From: Perkinsus olseni
Taxonomy: Eukaryota
DNA length: 64,000 nt
NCBI GenBank assembly: GCA_013115125.1
Contig: JABANN010000049.1
Location: 1 to 64,000 of the forward strand
Direction of reading: 5' to 3'
Both the position numbers and the translations under genes were made by a program. Position 1 is the stretch's first letter. Each line of letters begins with the position of its first letter. Below are positions 11,017-23,225 of the stretch, in pieces. The notes under the pieces are model-generated. The model did not search any database. It had not been told where the DNA came from and saw nothing but the letters and a program-made list of their open reading frames with translations.

Positions 11017-13252
11017 TCATAGCTTGCTGTCAAGGAAATCATCTATCATCATTAAAGCTTCTCGCGGAGCATCCGCCGCAACACTATGTCCTGCACCATA
11101 AACCTGAGCAAAGTGCAGACCACAGATGCAGCAACGCGCTGTCGACTACCCGCATGTAAACAAGTCTGCCACCAGTGTCCGCTAAGGCAAAAGCTCTCAT
11201 CTCCCCGACAGGGCTTCCATCCGGAGACTGAACACTCTTTCAGGTCGGCACATGCCGCGCGGCCGACTACCCTGTATTCGGCCACTGCGGCCGCCCTGAA
11301 GCCATCGGCTCCCTTCCAACGTAGCTTTTCCATCCACGCAAGACAGCCCATCCAGTTGCACACTAGATCTCGGTCACCAGCAAACACTAGCACCTGGAAG
11401 AGGGAATTCACCGACTGCTGCATCAAGAACGCCCGACTGACCCGCAGGCCTGTGTGCAGTAAATCAGGCAGAAAGTGGTCGTAGTTGCAGGCTATGTCGC
11501 ACTCGAACTCACGACACACCTGATAGAATGATAGTCGCTGGTGCTGCCTCTAAAACCAGCCGAGCAGTCGTGTTCGGACTCTCGAGTGCCAATAACAAAG
11601 CCTTCATCACAGTGAGGGTGTTCTAATGCAAGAGTCGTCATTTCTTTGATCGAGCGAACGCCACAACTGGAAATAGAGGGACAGTATAAGTGAGTCATTA
11701 CTCGTCCAGCAGAGTTGCTGTTTTCCGACTTACGTCCGCGTTCCAGATCCTCCAATCAGAGCGAACACCGAGGAATCGTCGAACGGTTGGGTTATTGAGG
11801 AATCCTGTAACCTGAGAACAGCGGCAGGGGAGCAAGCTAGGGCGAGTAGATCTAGGCTCGGGATGACGGATGGCCAAAAAAACGCGAAAATCATGATGCC
11901 GACCTTACGCCTACTCTCAAGACAAGGGGATCCTTTCCCAGGCCAATATACTCTTTATCCAAGTTATACCTTAACAAACTGTCCGTCTACAGCGCCAGCA
12001 TCACTTCCAGCCAGTCTTACACGTTCTTTCCTGCGCGGTTAACCGGCTTTAAAAAATCTGTGGACCGCATTTTCCGTGCTCTTTTTGCGGCCCTTTCGAA
12101 CTCCTCCGAAACATTGGGACCAACGCTGGGCCCTTCGTCCAGTACTTTCCGTAGCGCGTTACACGCATGCAGCAAACGACTGCAATTTTCAGCCCTCTCC
12201 CTCATTTTCCCGGACCTGCAAGCCGAGCTGAAAGTTCTCCCGGGGCCTCGAAGCAATGATCACTCCTCCCGCGAGATGAGACCGTTTTCCATGAGCATCT
12301 CCGGGTAAGACCTCCACCTGCGAGAATGGGTAATACTAACAGAGACTCTAATACCACACTTACTGCATCTCCGGCATAACATTAGCATTACCCAGAATGA
12401 TACCCTCCAGCCGAACAGAGGACTCCATCAACTTAGCCGCCAGAGGCGGTATGTAGTGTCCTAACACGAAGAGCCACTCAGTTCAACAGCGCAGCACTTT
12501 TAGCTCTCTACCGGCATACGATTGCCCAGCCAGAAAGACTCGTGTATTGTACTCGGGCCGCACAGCGAAGAATTTAGTAAGGGCTAGATATCTAAAGAGA
12601 AGAGGGAGTATCCAAACGGACAGTGGAAAGCTCAATACGTTGACTCAGCAGCGAGGACCGAATTATTGGGGCTAGTGCCCCTGCTGAAGCCGACCCCTGC
12701 TGGCTGGTCGAGGTACATTACGTTAGCATGAGTGTTCCAAGAGTATCTAAGGGATCTCCGAGTGGCTATGCCCAAGGGAAGGGCATCTCACTCATTTCTC
12801 AAAGTGCTGCTACCACTGTCATCAACAATGCAAGGGCCACCATTGCCTGACACAGCCGAGTAGAGGCTGCTGCCCCCCGGGCCTCCCGCGAAGTAAATCA
12901 CAGTAGGGCTGTCACGTGGGTTATTGCGGGACTCGAATAACCAGTAGAACACTCTGATAACGACGAGCTGTCTCATGTTCACTCCGCTGACTATCCACCT
13001 ACTCATTATCGCCTCGGCCCGGCAAGTAACCGTGATGCTGAACTACCGTGGCATCACAGATGACCTTGTTTGAGGACACGCGCCATCTCAGGGACCTTGC
13101 CAACTTATTAATCCCCCTTCGGGAGAGTCCTGAAGAAAGAGCTTCATGTAAGCTCCCGAATCGCCAGATAGATGACCTGGCTGTGGCTGTGCCGAATCTC
13201 CCAGTACAATACCGTAAAAGACGGTAATGACCGTCGCGGCACGGACTCTCAT
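11017..13252 (-). CDS. Serine carboxypeptidase (peptidase S10), signal peptide, multi-exon
   Basis: FYWLFESRNNP, FAGGPGGSS, YLDQPAGVGFS, GQSYAGHYIP (catalytic Ser), GDRDLVCNWMG (Asp), GAGHSV (His). Confidence 0.93.
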
Positions 13253-13590
13253 AGTGATGGTAGGGAACGACACGCCGTGGACGATACACAGACAACCTCG
13301 CCGAGCCGACGAACGCGCGTCTCTCCAGTTTCTCAATATCTAACTCCAGAGCCGATCGGCGTCTCGTCTCGGAAATCCCGGCGCACCCTCGTCAGCCGTC
13401 GAACTCCCAACCATCAAAACCTGAGTAAAGCGATGTAGTATCCATAACGGGAAGCAGCTCGCCGTGAATAGGAGATCATAGCGTTGGCAACCGATGTGAG
13501 GCGGCGGCGCTCGAAAACGGTAATCGACAAGGTTAGTCCATACGGACTAAGTGGTTGCCAGACTCCTCTAGAACAGCAAGACGCCGACGA

Positions 13591-15591
13591 CTACACCCGA
13601 TAGTGCCGGTGAGAGGGGTACTCATGGCTCGCGTTAGTACTTACAGAACGAGCCCACCTTGCGAGGCGCCGGTTAATAGAGACGAAGCCTTCGGACCCAA
13701 CCGTCCCAGAAAGAAGGCAACAGTCATCGCCGTCAGAGGCAGCGGCAGCACACTGCTGCGCGTTCAACATGCCGTCGAGAAATGCTGCATTTTTGAAGAC
13801 TCCCCTGTCATATTCTCCGCCCATAGCCAGCACTGAATCAGCCCGATGGACAGCACACCCAAATCTACTCAGTAGCAGAAACTTCACGCACCAACATCAA
13901 CGGAAACAGCATGCATCACATCAGCATTCATCAGTCGCCGTGCCATCACTCCCAGAGTAATTTCGTCGATTCCCAGCTGGGCACAGACCTCTGCCTGCCC
14001 GAGAATCTGAAGCAAGCCGTAATAGCACGAAGCCCTACGAACGTGTCTGACTGTCTCTAGATCAGCCGCACTGAGTCGGTGCCTCGCTATAGCAACAGCC
14101 TCTCCCATAGCGTGCAACAGCGTTTCGTCCAGAGCCAGTGTTTCGCCGACGGGACCGCGCTCCGGCGGGGCCAGCAGAGTACCTTGCGAATATCACTCAG
14201 TTGAGTCCGGCGCGAGCCGGGGCCTACATGCAAGTCCGAAGATGTCCATCGACTTTAGCTGGTCTATTCTGTCGGCCAGCAACCGGCTGGTCTCCCACGC
14301 CAGACTAGCAAGAAGGGCCTCCTCCACCACAGACAGCTTCATAGCCGCCGTCAGGAGCCTCATAGATATTTCCGGTGACTCTGCCCGCGCAGCCTGGCTC
14401 GACACTACAGCACGCAGCACGGCAGCGCTCGGCAGTCGACCTTCTTCCCCGCACTCCTAAAGATGACCGAAATCTAAGAGGCTATCGTGTCGGTCTGCTC
14501 ACCCGTGCAAGTATTCGGACGGCATCCCCGGATACAGGAGCTGCGATAAGCTGCCTCTCGCAGTCCTCCCTCCATTGCTCGGTGACCGTCTGCCGTGCAT
14601 CCATAGTCAGAGCTGACCCTATGCCTGCCTACCCTCGGTATATCACCGAGCACCACCAAGCTCATAGCGATCGATGAGGTAGGTAGACTCTCCCAGAGGA
14701 TCGGCGTCTCCGTTGTCGAGAGCCTCTCTATCAGTACCTAGGAGCAAATAACTTCCACAGCAAAGACCATCGGCCCACCTGCAAAATATCAGGGTAATGC
14801 GGCCTGCTGCATCGCCTGATGAGGTAGGTGAGCTCAAGGAGACCAACGACGTCGGGATCCACCGCGAGCCGGGCTCGGCTGTTGGTGATGATCTCACCTA
14901 CACGACAGCCTCATGCAGTACCGCGATGATGGACAGGGCAGCGCTTACTGAGGACGCTGTCAGGAAGGCCGTTATTTACGACACTATACACGAGAAGCAG
15001 CGTCGAACGGTATGTCAGTCCGGCTGAGGTGAGCGCCCTATCAAGGAGTCTGCCGACCAGGAGGGGATCTGAGGAGCTTATATAACGATAGAGGGAGAGA
15101 ACACTGGCATTTGCAGTACCTGGGTTGGAGCCCCCAACGCGCCGCTTGGCCATGGTGATAGCGGCCGCCGCTGCTGCAGCGACAGCGGACGGTAGTGTAG
15201 CACAGACGGCAGACAGCTGAGGGAAGTCACCTCGTAAACCCACAGTACGATGATCGACGCAGCACGTGAAGCGAGCTAACGCGAATGACGGTAGACGAAC
15301 TGAATGGATGATCGAGAAAAGAGGGAAAGAAGCATCAAGCCTGCCTGGGAGTGTATGTAGATCCATCGACCAGGACGGTAGTTGTCCTTCACCAAACTCC
15401 TCCGTATCATGCCTGATAGTCCGAAGAACCTCAATTCATGAAAGATAAGACCGTCTACCGCATAGTTCCTGCTCCTCGTTATTGCGACCAGCCTGGAGCT
15501 TTGGCCGAGCTATCGGTGTCGATAAGAAGGAGAACTCTGCTGGCCCAATGGCCCGGCGGAGGGCTCGCATTCCACTACTGGTCCCAGACAT
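13591..15591 (-). CDS. Hypothetical multi-exon protein
   Basis: Chain of minus-strand helical-looking ORF pieces separated by short GT-AG introns. No family recognised; both ends uncertain. Confidence 0.45.
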
Positions 15592-15786
15592 GAATTCAGA
15601 GGAAATACTATATCATCCGCCGCGAGCAAACAAGACAAAAGTGAAACAGTAGCGATGTACCGCCGGTCTTCGCCTCAGTGCCTTCACAAGCGATAAGCTC
15701 CTACGTGCCACCTTTTTTACGGTACTCAAACCAAACAGCATACAGAGTAGAATGATACCGGTGAAATGAGTACAGGAACTTATACG

Positions 15787-18150
15787 TCAGTATTCGATCT
15801 TTGAGTGGGCGATGCCCCACCACCGCTGAGGGCCCCACCAACACGCCATGGCGGCCGCTTGGCACTGGACTCTTCCAAGTCCACCACAGCCTCGCCTGAG
15901 ATACGTCAGAAGCTCTGCAGCTCGCTAACCCATGAGTGACACGGGTCGACCTAAGATTCCTCCCATCCGACTTACTCGACCGCTTGACTCCCTGGGAAGA
16001 CGTGGAAGGTGGCGGTGGCGAGCTGGTAAGACCGAGCCTGAAACAGCGATAAGTAGGCCTTCGTCGTAGAGATCAGTCCCCTATCGTCTCACCGTTCCAA
16101 AGCAGCCGCCTCCGCCTCCTCCTCCTCCTCCTCATCCTCGCTGTCCATCTGCTCAGCAGCTGTCTCGGGGTCATAGCCACCAGCATCCAGTGGCAACGGT
16201 TTCACTTCCTTCTTCCCGTCGGCAGTCGATGCAGTAGAGGTCTGTGTGGCGCTCAGAAGCTAAACAACAAATGGGGATCCCTCCAGTGGTGACGGGCCGA
16301 GAATTTTAACCGAGTAAATATAATATTTATCTATAGAATAATATGTAATATAAATTATGTGATAAAATTTTACGATATCCTTCGTGAAACGGTTGATCGA
16401 TTTGGTTTTGGTCACTGTTTGGATTCTTATCTTAATTTCCTTCCGTACAAGGTATACGTGGATAAATGTCATTCGCATACCAGGCTGGCACATCCATTAA
16501 AGACAATAGTAATATGGGGTGAAGAATGATACAATGAGAAAGAAATATTATAATACCAGTAATTTCAAAGGCCAGATAAACATGAACAAGCCCCACGACT
16601 GCCACGCATACATCTGTCCTCTCTGACTCTGCACTCATAGTGAAAGTGGTCCGAAAGTACACCCTACCGACCCCACCGTCCCCACCTGTGCCATGTGGTT
16701 GTTCTCTTTCTCCAGTGCCGCCAAGCGTTTCAGAAGCTGCTTGAAAGCCTCTGCCACCGAACTAGGGACGTCAGTGCCTCCCTCCGGACAAGACAGCTGT
16801 ATCGCAGTACGTAGGACACCATCTGATGGGAAAATCGACGATCAAACCGACTCAAATGACCAAGGCATAGATTCATCAACCTTCACAGGACTACGCCATA
16901 TAATCTCATTGAAAATATAACGCCCGGCTGACGAGCTGCTTCAACATCGCTACAGAAGGAACCTCCCACGGGGACCCGTGCGATCAGTCATACAGGGCCC
17001 GGCCAAGTGCAACCACGGTCAGAACTATTGTCCCTCGTCATAAGGAGCTATCGAAGACTCCCTCTAACCGCGTGATCGCACGCTTCGGCTCGACCAATCT
17101 TTTCACCCGAGCCCTGGCCCAGCCCGAATACCAAGAGCAATGGTGGACTCTCCCCACGTTCATGCTTACCCTGAGGATTCGCAATGTATGGTGTATTGAG
17201 CCCTCCTGCTGGTGGTGACCCTGATGGAGGAAGGGGCATCACCGGCAAGGGAGGGGGCATCGGCATTGGCAGGGGATCCTCCTCCTGAAAGCACGACTAC
17301 CAGGAGGACATCGATATCATTTACTCCCCCCACAAGAAGAAACCGTCGATAGAATCTTCCTGGCACGAGGGCGTCTTCGAATCTATTGCCTCGTCCGCTC
17401 CGAGACGAAAACGATGTTTCCCAATGACGCCCCTCAATCTTATTACCGGAGTCCCCTTGCCATCTTCAGTGGTCGCCTCCCCATGCCCAGCTGCTGCCGA
17501 GGACTCCCTCAAAACACGTGCGTAGTTCACTGGTCGGATCCAACTTAACTTCATACCCTCGTCGGCCTTCTTCGGGTGCAGCAGATACCTTCCCGCATAG
17601 TCACGCATCCCACCCCCCCACCCTCGACAGCCTACCGATTATAGAGCACCAGCAGGGCCTGTCTGATGGCCTTGTGTTCTCTGAATTTGACACAGATTGC
17701 AGTCAATCCCATCGCCTCCGACTGCGGCTCCGTGAAGAGGAGGGTGGAAGACTGCGCAGAACAACAACCACTACTTTCCGATACGGAGGAGTCGCGTCCG
17801 AGAATAGACAGAACAACCCCATGGGTGACCACAAATCTACACCGGTCTCTCCTTCCCTTACCTGCACACTGCCGAAAAGTCCTAAGAATCTGAGCCAATA
17901 GCTGCCCGGGTAGAGCGGCAATGAACTGGACTTCGGCGTGAACTGGGGGTCCGGAATCTGCGTACCATCACCATTATGGATAAGACTATCGGTCAGGAAG
18001 GCATTACAATCCATAGTTGCGGTAGTGATACAACGATGCCATCCACTGTCGGATCCATGACCATCTTCTGCAGGGAACTGAGGACACATCCAGCAGAAGG
18101 TGGAAAGAGGACGAGCGGTGGTCACAAGGAGGAACGAGCAATCCAACATA
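15787..18150 (-). CDS. Hypothetical multi-exon protein containing an unusually long AT-rich intron
   Basis: Spliceable exons such as AEAFKQLLKRLAALEKENNHMAQ | LLSATQTSTAS...DSEDEEEEEAEAA, ending WGIAHSKIEY*. The 5' boundary is approximate. Confidence 0.45.
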
Positions 18151-18210
18151 TTATTCAGCAGACAAGGAGATGAGCTGCCACGGCCGAGAGAGTACGGAAA
18201 ATTATCATCG

Positions 18211-19091
18211 TTATTGCGTGTCCTCGAGCGTTGGAGCGTCACATTTGACTAGGTCGAGAAACCTCCGCCTTCATAAACGTCTCCCAATAAGAATGCCTCT
18301 TCCCTACCCTCGTCGCGACTCATCCTGGTCCTTAACAGTATCCTCTATGTAGAGTACGTTGACTGTGGCGGCATCATCAGGTAAGGCGATCACCTCACCA
18401 ACCTTCACTGAGGCCTTCGATGGTGGACCCCTCAATGTCTGACCGAGTAGACCACCAAGATGAACTCCGAGGGACAATAGGTAGAGAAGGCGAGGATTCT
18501 GTCGGAGAGACGGAGAGACGGAGAGCCAATATTACCACAATGACATGCTGATCAGGAGCCTTCCTCAGAGCCGACCCCTCAGACGAATATCTTCCAGTGG
18601 AATCAATGATAACGTCAATAACCTCATCCGCGAGTATCCCTGAGGTTGAGCTAGCATGATACAGAACAGGTTAGTATGCGTTCGATGTTTAGACTCCCCA
18701 TAACTACCGAAACCCGTGGACGGTTCTCTCGCGGCCGTAACAATCCCCAACAACTCCTCCTCAGTCAAAGGCTTCTTCATCCTGGCGGGGCCGAGGTGGA
18801 CCTGACTCGACCATCGCCTAGGAATACACGAACCCAGTTCAACCAGCTACCCCAAGCCTTATGATGTACGGCATGAATATCTTAGGTAGATTCTTGGCTC
18901 TGACAGAATAAAAGATACCACCAACTCCCATCGCTTCACCTTTACTTAGTCTCGATCAGCCGACCTGTCTCCCCTCTCCTCGTGAATTTGCCATAGTCAG
19001 GCATCTCTAATGTCTCCGCAAGTAGGGACCCATCAGAAGCCAGACCAGGCGCCAGACTGCCTGCTGCAGCAGGAGCGATAGCAGCAGCCAT
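18211..19091 (-). CDS. Hypothetical multi-exon protein (~190-200 aa)
   Basis: MAAAIAPAAAG... splices through short introns to a TAA at 18211 in two alternative splice readings. Could instead be the 5' part of the downstream gene. Confidence 0.45.
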
Positions 19092-19265
19092 GAGGCAATA
19101 GCAAACAACTACGCGGCAAGGCATTCGACCCTATGCTAACATCCCTCGAGAGACGATGATGATCATTCGCGCTTGACCTCTCCGGAAGGAACTTCTAACT
19201 CGGAAATTAACGTACTCCGTCACGATGGAAACAGTCATTAAAGATCGCCAAGTCACTCCAGACGG

Positions 19266-19299
19266 CTGCTGCTGCTGCTGCTGCTGTCGATGATGATGG

Positions 19300-19332
<33 letters not shown>
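19266..19332. repeat. Compound (GCT)n/(GAT)n microsatellite in the RPT1 3' flank
   Basis: Direct triplet repeats immediately after the RPT1 stop. Confidence 0.85.
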
Positions 19333-19337
19333 CGAAC

Positions 19338-21963
19338 TCAGTTATACACCATATACCTGAGATACCACGTATCTTACCGTTACACCTACCCCGCTACGCA
19401 GCAAGACGATTCTCAATCCTTCCCCATACTACTTTGGAGTAGCCGAGAACTTGGCGTATCCCTTCACAACCTTATTGATAGCCTCAATGAGATCCTTCTC
19501 CGAGATAGACTTCCGCCTGGCTCGAATGGCAAACATCCCCGCCTCCGTGCCTGCCGAGATTTGCATACCACACCTTACCCAAATCACAGCAGCCAGGTGA
19601 CTTACAGACACTCCTAATATCAGCACCAGTGCAGTTCGGACACAATCTAGCAAGGAGCTCGAAGCGGATATCCCTGAAAAGATCGACAGTGGCTAGCCGA
19701 CGAGAAGATACGCCAAACGAGAAAAAACCTTCGCTGTGCGCATTTCGCCCAGTTAGAGTATCTTCAACGGATGCCCTCGAGACACTGAGCCTCCACGACC
19801 CCTCCCCGTAGCTCATCCGTATTACCTATCCATATTCATACTGCGGGCCTGGATCTTGAAGATATGAGTACGTCCATCTAGATCCGGCAGGGAGAACTCA
19901 ATCTTACGATCGAGACGACCTGAACAACAAGAGGAAGGTGATCACACCATTAGAGAAGATTTACACAAGTTCATCAACCAATGACAGCACGACCCACACA
20001 ATGGCGGCGACCGCTGAACATGATTTTCTCTCGCTCAGAGAAATTGGGGCGGAGGAAACAGCCAACGCAGCAGACATTTCGAGTTAGGCCAATGACACTG
20101 GGCGTGGCAACTCTACTACTAACGATCGGACGCAACCAACAAGCCCCCCATCCCAGTAACCATCATTACCCGGACGCACAAGTGCTGGATCGAGAGTATC
20201 GGGCCTGTTAGTGGCCATCAACACCTAGGAGAAGCACGGTTTGGTAGTAAAAGCCTGGAGTGACGGAAGAGGGTTACCTTGACATTGCCTCGAGCATCGA
20301 AGCCATCAAGCTGATTGACGATCTCCAGCATAGTCCTCTGGACCTCATCATCCTCCGACCCGCTACCTCCGCTGCCACGGGACCCACCGATGGCATCCAC
20401 CTGCATCGCACCAACAAGTGGAGTCCCTCTCCGGGATGCCGAACAGGAGTAAAAGCGCCTCGGTTTGCCACGTACTAGATACGAACGAAGATCGGCGTCT
20501 AGGTTTAATCGAGCATTGTCCAAGTTAGTGACGACTCTTAGGTCGACCCTCAGCGACGCTACTCCCACGATACTCGATAGACGCCATCAAGCCCTCCCCC
20601 AATACGACCTCATCAATAAAGAGTATACACGCCTTCTTGCTCCGAGCCACAGTGAACAGCTCACGCACCATCCTCGCTCCCTCTCCCACATACTGAGAAA
20701 ATCATCAATCTTTCAAAGAGGGCCTCTCTCCTCCAGCCAGTATTACCTTCTGGACCAGTTCGCTGCCGATGACACAAATAAAACAGGCGTCAGTTCGATT
20801 AGCCACAGCCCTCGCTGTCAGCGTTTTGCCAGTGCCCGGAGGACCGTATCTGGCATTGCAAAGATCCCTCTATCCGCACCGACTTGAAGCATTGCTACAA
20901 TAAGACACCCTTCGGAGGGTCGATACCGAGCTGGACGAATCGCTCGGGCTGTAGCAAAGGCATCTCCACGACTTCTCTAAGAACAGCACACAATCCCTTC
21001 AGGAGTTGCCCTCAGCAGTGCTACTACCGTAACTTTTCGAGTTGCTCCTTGCAACCACCGATATCAGAATACCTGATCATGAGCTTGTACGCTCTCCGCG
21101 ACGACAGAAAAGGGATTACGTGACATCCGGCTTCTCCTCAACAGTCATCATAGTCACAGTTGGATCGATCTTAGGCGGGAGGGGTATTTGTATTTGGTAT
21201 CTAACCGATAAGAAATCACATTCTAGACCGGCGTCCTCGAAGAATACTTCTGTCGATCCACTCCGACTCGCATGCCCTCCTCAATATCAGTAGGGGAAAC
21301 ATGCTGTGCGAGGCCGACCACAAACTTGGCAATCTGAGAATCAAGGACGCTGCATTCCCCAAGTGCCTTTCTCCACCATCAAGTTACTTGTCGGACGTTG
21401 ATGACATACTTGGCATCATCAGTGCCGGGGTTGAGGATCTTAGTGCACTGCGACACTTGCAGGGGCTGCTGTTGCTGACATTGAGAACAAGTAGTAGTGA
21501 GGACGAAGCTCCCAACGTAGTAGCGGCGGAGTGAGTACCTCTTGCTTCACTTTATCATCCGCCAAATCCCACACGCTGGGCGGGGCTAGACCAGTATCAG
21601 ACTCCTGAACGATGATACTCTTCACTGAGATGAGAGCGACATGCCAATACCTTGATCCCACATAATTTGTTGATCTTTTCGCCGAGGGCCTTGATGTCTC
21701 CCTCTACCTGCAACGACTAGGTAACCACGGTGTTGACGGGTTTGCTCCGATACTACCTTCTTGCACGGGACAGTATAGGGTCCGAGGCCGTAGCTCTTTA
21801 AAATGTCAATATCCTCGTCATCAAGAGGTTTATTATTGTTATCTCCACCGTCTTCCTCAGGATTCTCTCCTGTGGGTTTATCATCGGGTTTCTTGTCCTT
21901 CTCCACTTTAGCCGCTATCTTCTCTTCATCTGGCGTCTTCTTGCTGTTGTTAGAAGATGACAT
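19338..21963 (-). CDS. RPT1: 26S proteasome AAA-ATPase subunit 7, multi-exon
   Basis: [86 protein letters not shown], and C-terminus FSATPKYMVYN*. Confidence 0.98.
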
Positions 21964-22273
21964 TCGGGAGGAGACGATGAGAAACTTATGAAACTGGTTC
22001 AAAACAGGCGCAGATCACACGGTTTGTTCCCTTACATGTTCAAAGGCCAAGGATGCGATCTAGTTTCTAAAACTGGAACAAGATCTCGCTAACAGCAGTA
22101 GCGAGCTTTATCTGCTAAAGCTCTCCTATATTCGCTTGTACACAAGTGCGCCCACAGAATCTCTTCAAATTCGGCGTTTTCATTTGCACCTTGTTTTCTA
22201 ACGCGCCCTCAAACGCGTATCAAGCGAAGCAAAGCCTAGACCAATTGGTAGTAAGACCAAGACAGAAGTCCGG

Positions 22274-22278
22274 AAAAA
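22274..22278 (-). terminator. Pol III oligo-T terminator of tRNA-Ala
   Basis: TTTTT immediately 3' of the tRNA on the minus strand. Confidence 0.8.
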
Positions 22279-22351
22279 TGGAGAACCCGGGCATCGATCC
22301 CGGTGCCTCTCGCTTGCTAAGCGAGCGCTCTACCATTTGAGCTAGTCCCCC
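22279..22351 (-). tRNA. tRNA-Ala (AGC)
   Basis: 73-nt cloverleaf: GGGGGAC/GTTCTCC acceptor with G3:U70, GCTC/GAGC D-stem, CTCGC-TTAGCAA-GCGAG anticodon arm, CCGGG-ATCGATG-CCCGG T-arm, discriminator A. Confidence 0.98.
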
Positions 22352-23225
22352 ATATCCTTCAAAGAGCTCCAAGTTTCTTCGATCACATACATATGGGCTG
22401 TCAAACTTAACGCTCCTCACACGTATAGACTGGCCTTCACTGAGAGGACCCTGCGACTACGAGCAAGCGCTCTAGTGGGTACACGATCACCCAATGGATT
22501 AAGGTCATGCGATGAAATGTCAAACGATTTGCTAGGTTCAAGTTTTCACATATCTAATACGGCGACGCACACCTCTCCTCGCGTTCTAAGTGAGGCCGTG
22601 ACTTATCAGAGCTGGCAGCCGAGCCTGCCATCGAAAGATGAGTCGTCCCCTTCTTTTGGTCTTGCGTAACGCGGGCTTTTCTACGACTAGAGAATCCAGC
22701 AACGGTGAGAAACAGAAGACTATCAGCCCTCTCCCGTGAGGCACAATATCAACCAAAAGCCTCAGAGGGAACTCAGTTGAACTCAACAAGGCTGACCCAG
22801 GAAGAAAACTGCATCTCGAAATACAGCTCTAACCTCTGGAAAGTGAAAATGAGAGTCAAGTCGACCTCAGCGCCTCATGTTAACCCTCCAACAGCTAAAC
22901 ATTCCAGCCTGGAGTCCAGCTGATGCGACGGTGCCCATTGTACGGGCAGGAGAAAAACAGAACTCCCGATCGAAAAGGACCGACAAAAAAATTTCTTCTA
23001 CGTATACACACTTGGAGATTTCACCCAAACTCCGAACTTGTTCCGAGAATAAAAGTCTCCATCCCCCATGGCCTCGCATCCTGCGAGAAACAACTTAGTC
23101 GACAAGATACAACTATACAGTTAGCTCAATAAAGTGGCCTATCGCGGGAAATAGAATATCCTAACCCGAACAGTAAAATGCTCCTGACAAGGACAAGTCA
23201 GCAAAACAACTCTCTAAGGAGTTCC

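Noticed and set aside
18570-18610. YSSEGSALRKA as a LicD-like N-terminal motif
   Set aside because: No downstream G.LLG...WD.D.D catalytic motif in that gene.
15787-19091. Apparent in-frame stops suggesting stop-codon readthrough or recoding
   Set aside because: They resolve by ordinary short GT-AG introns or gene boundaries, and conserved genes here use TAA, TAG and TGA as normal stops.
22146-22420. Short ORFs overlapping the tRNA
   Set aside because: Spurious translations of the tRNA-Ala gene.
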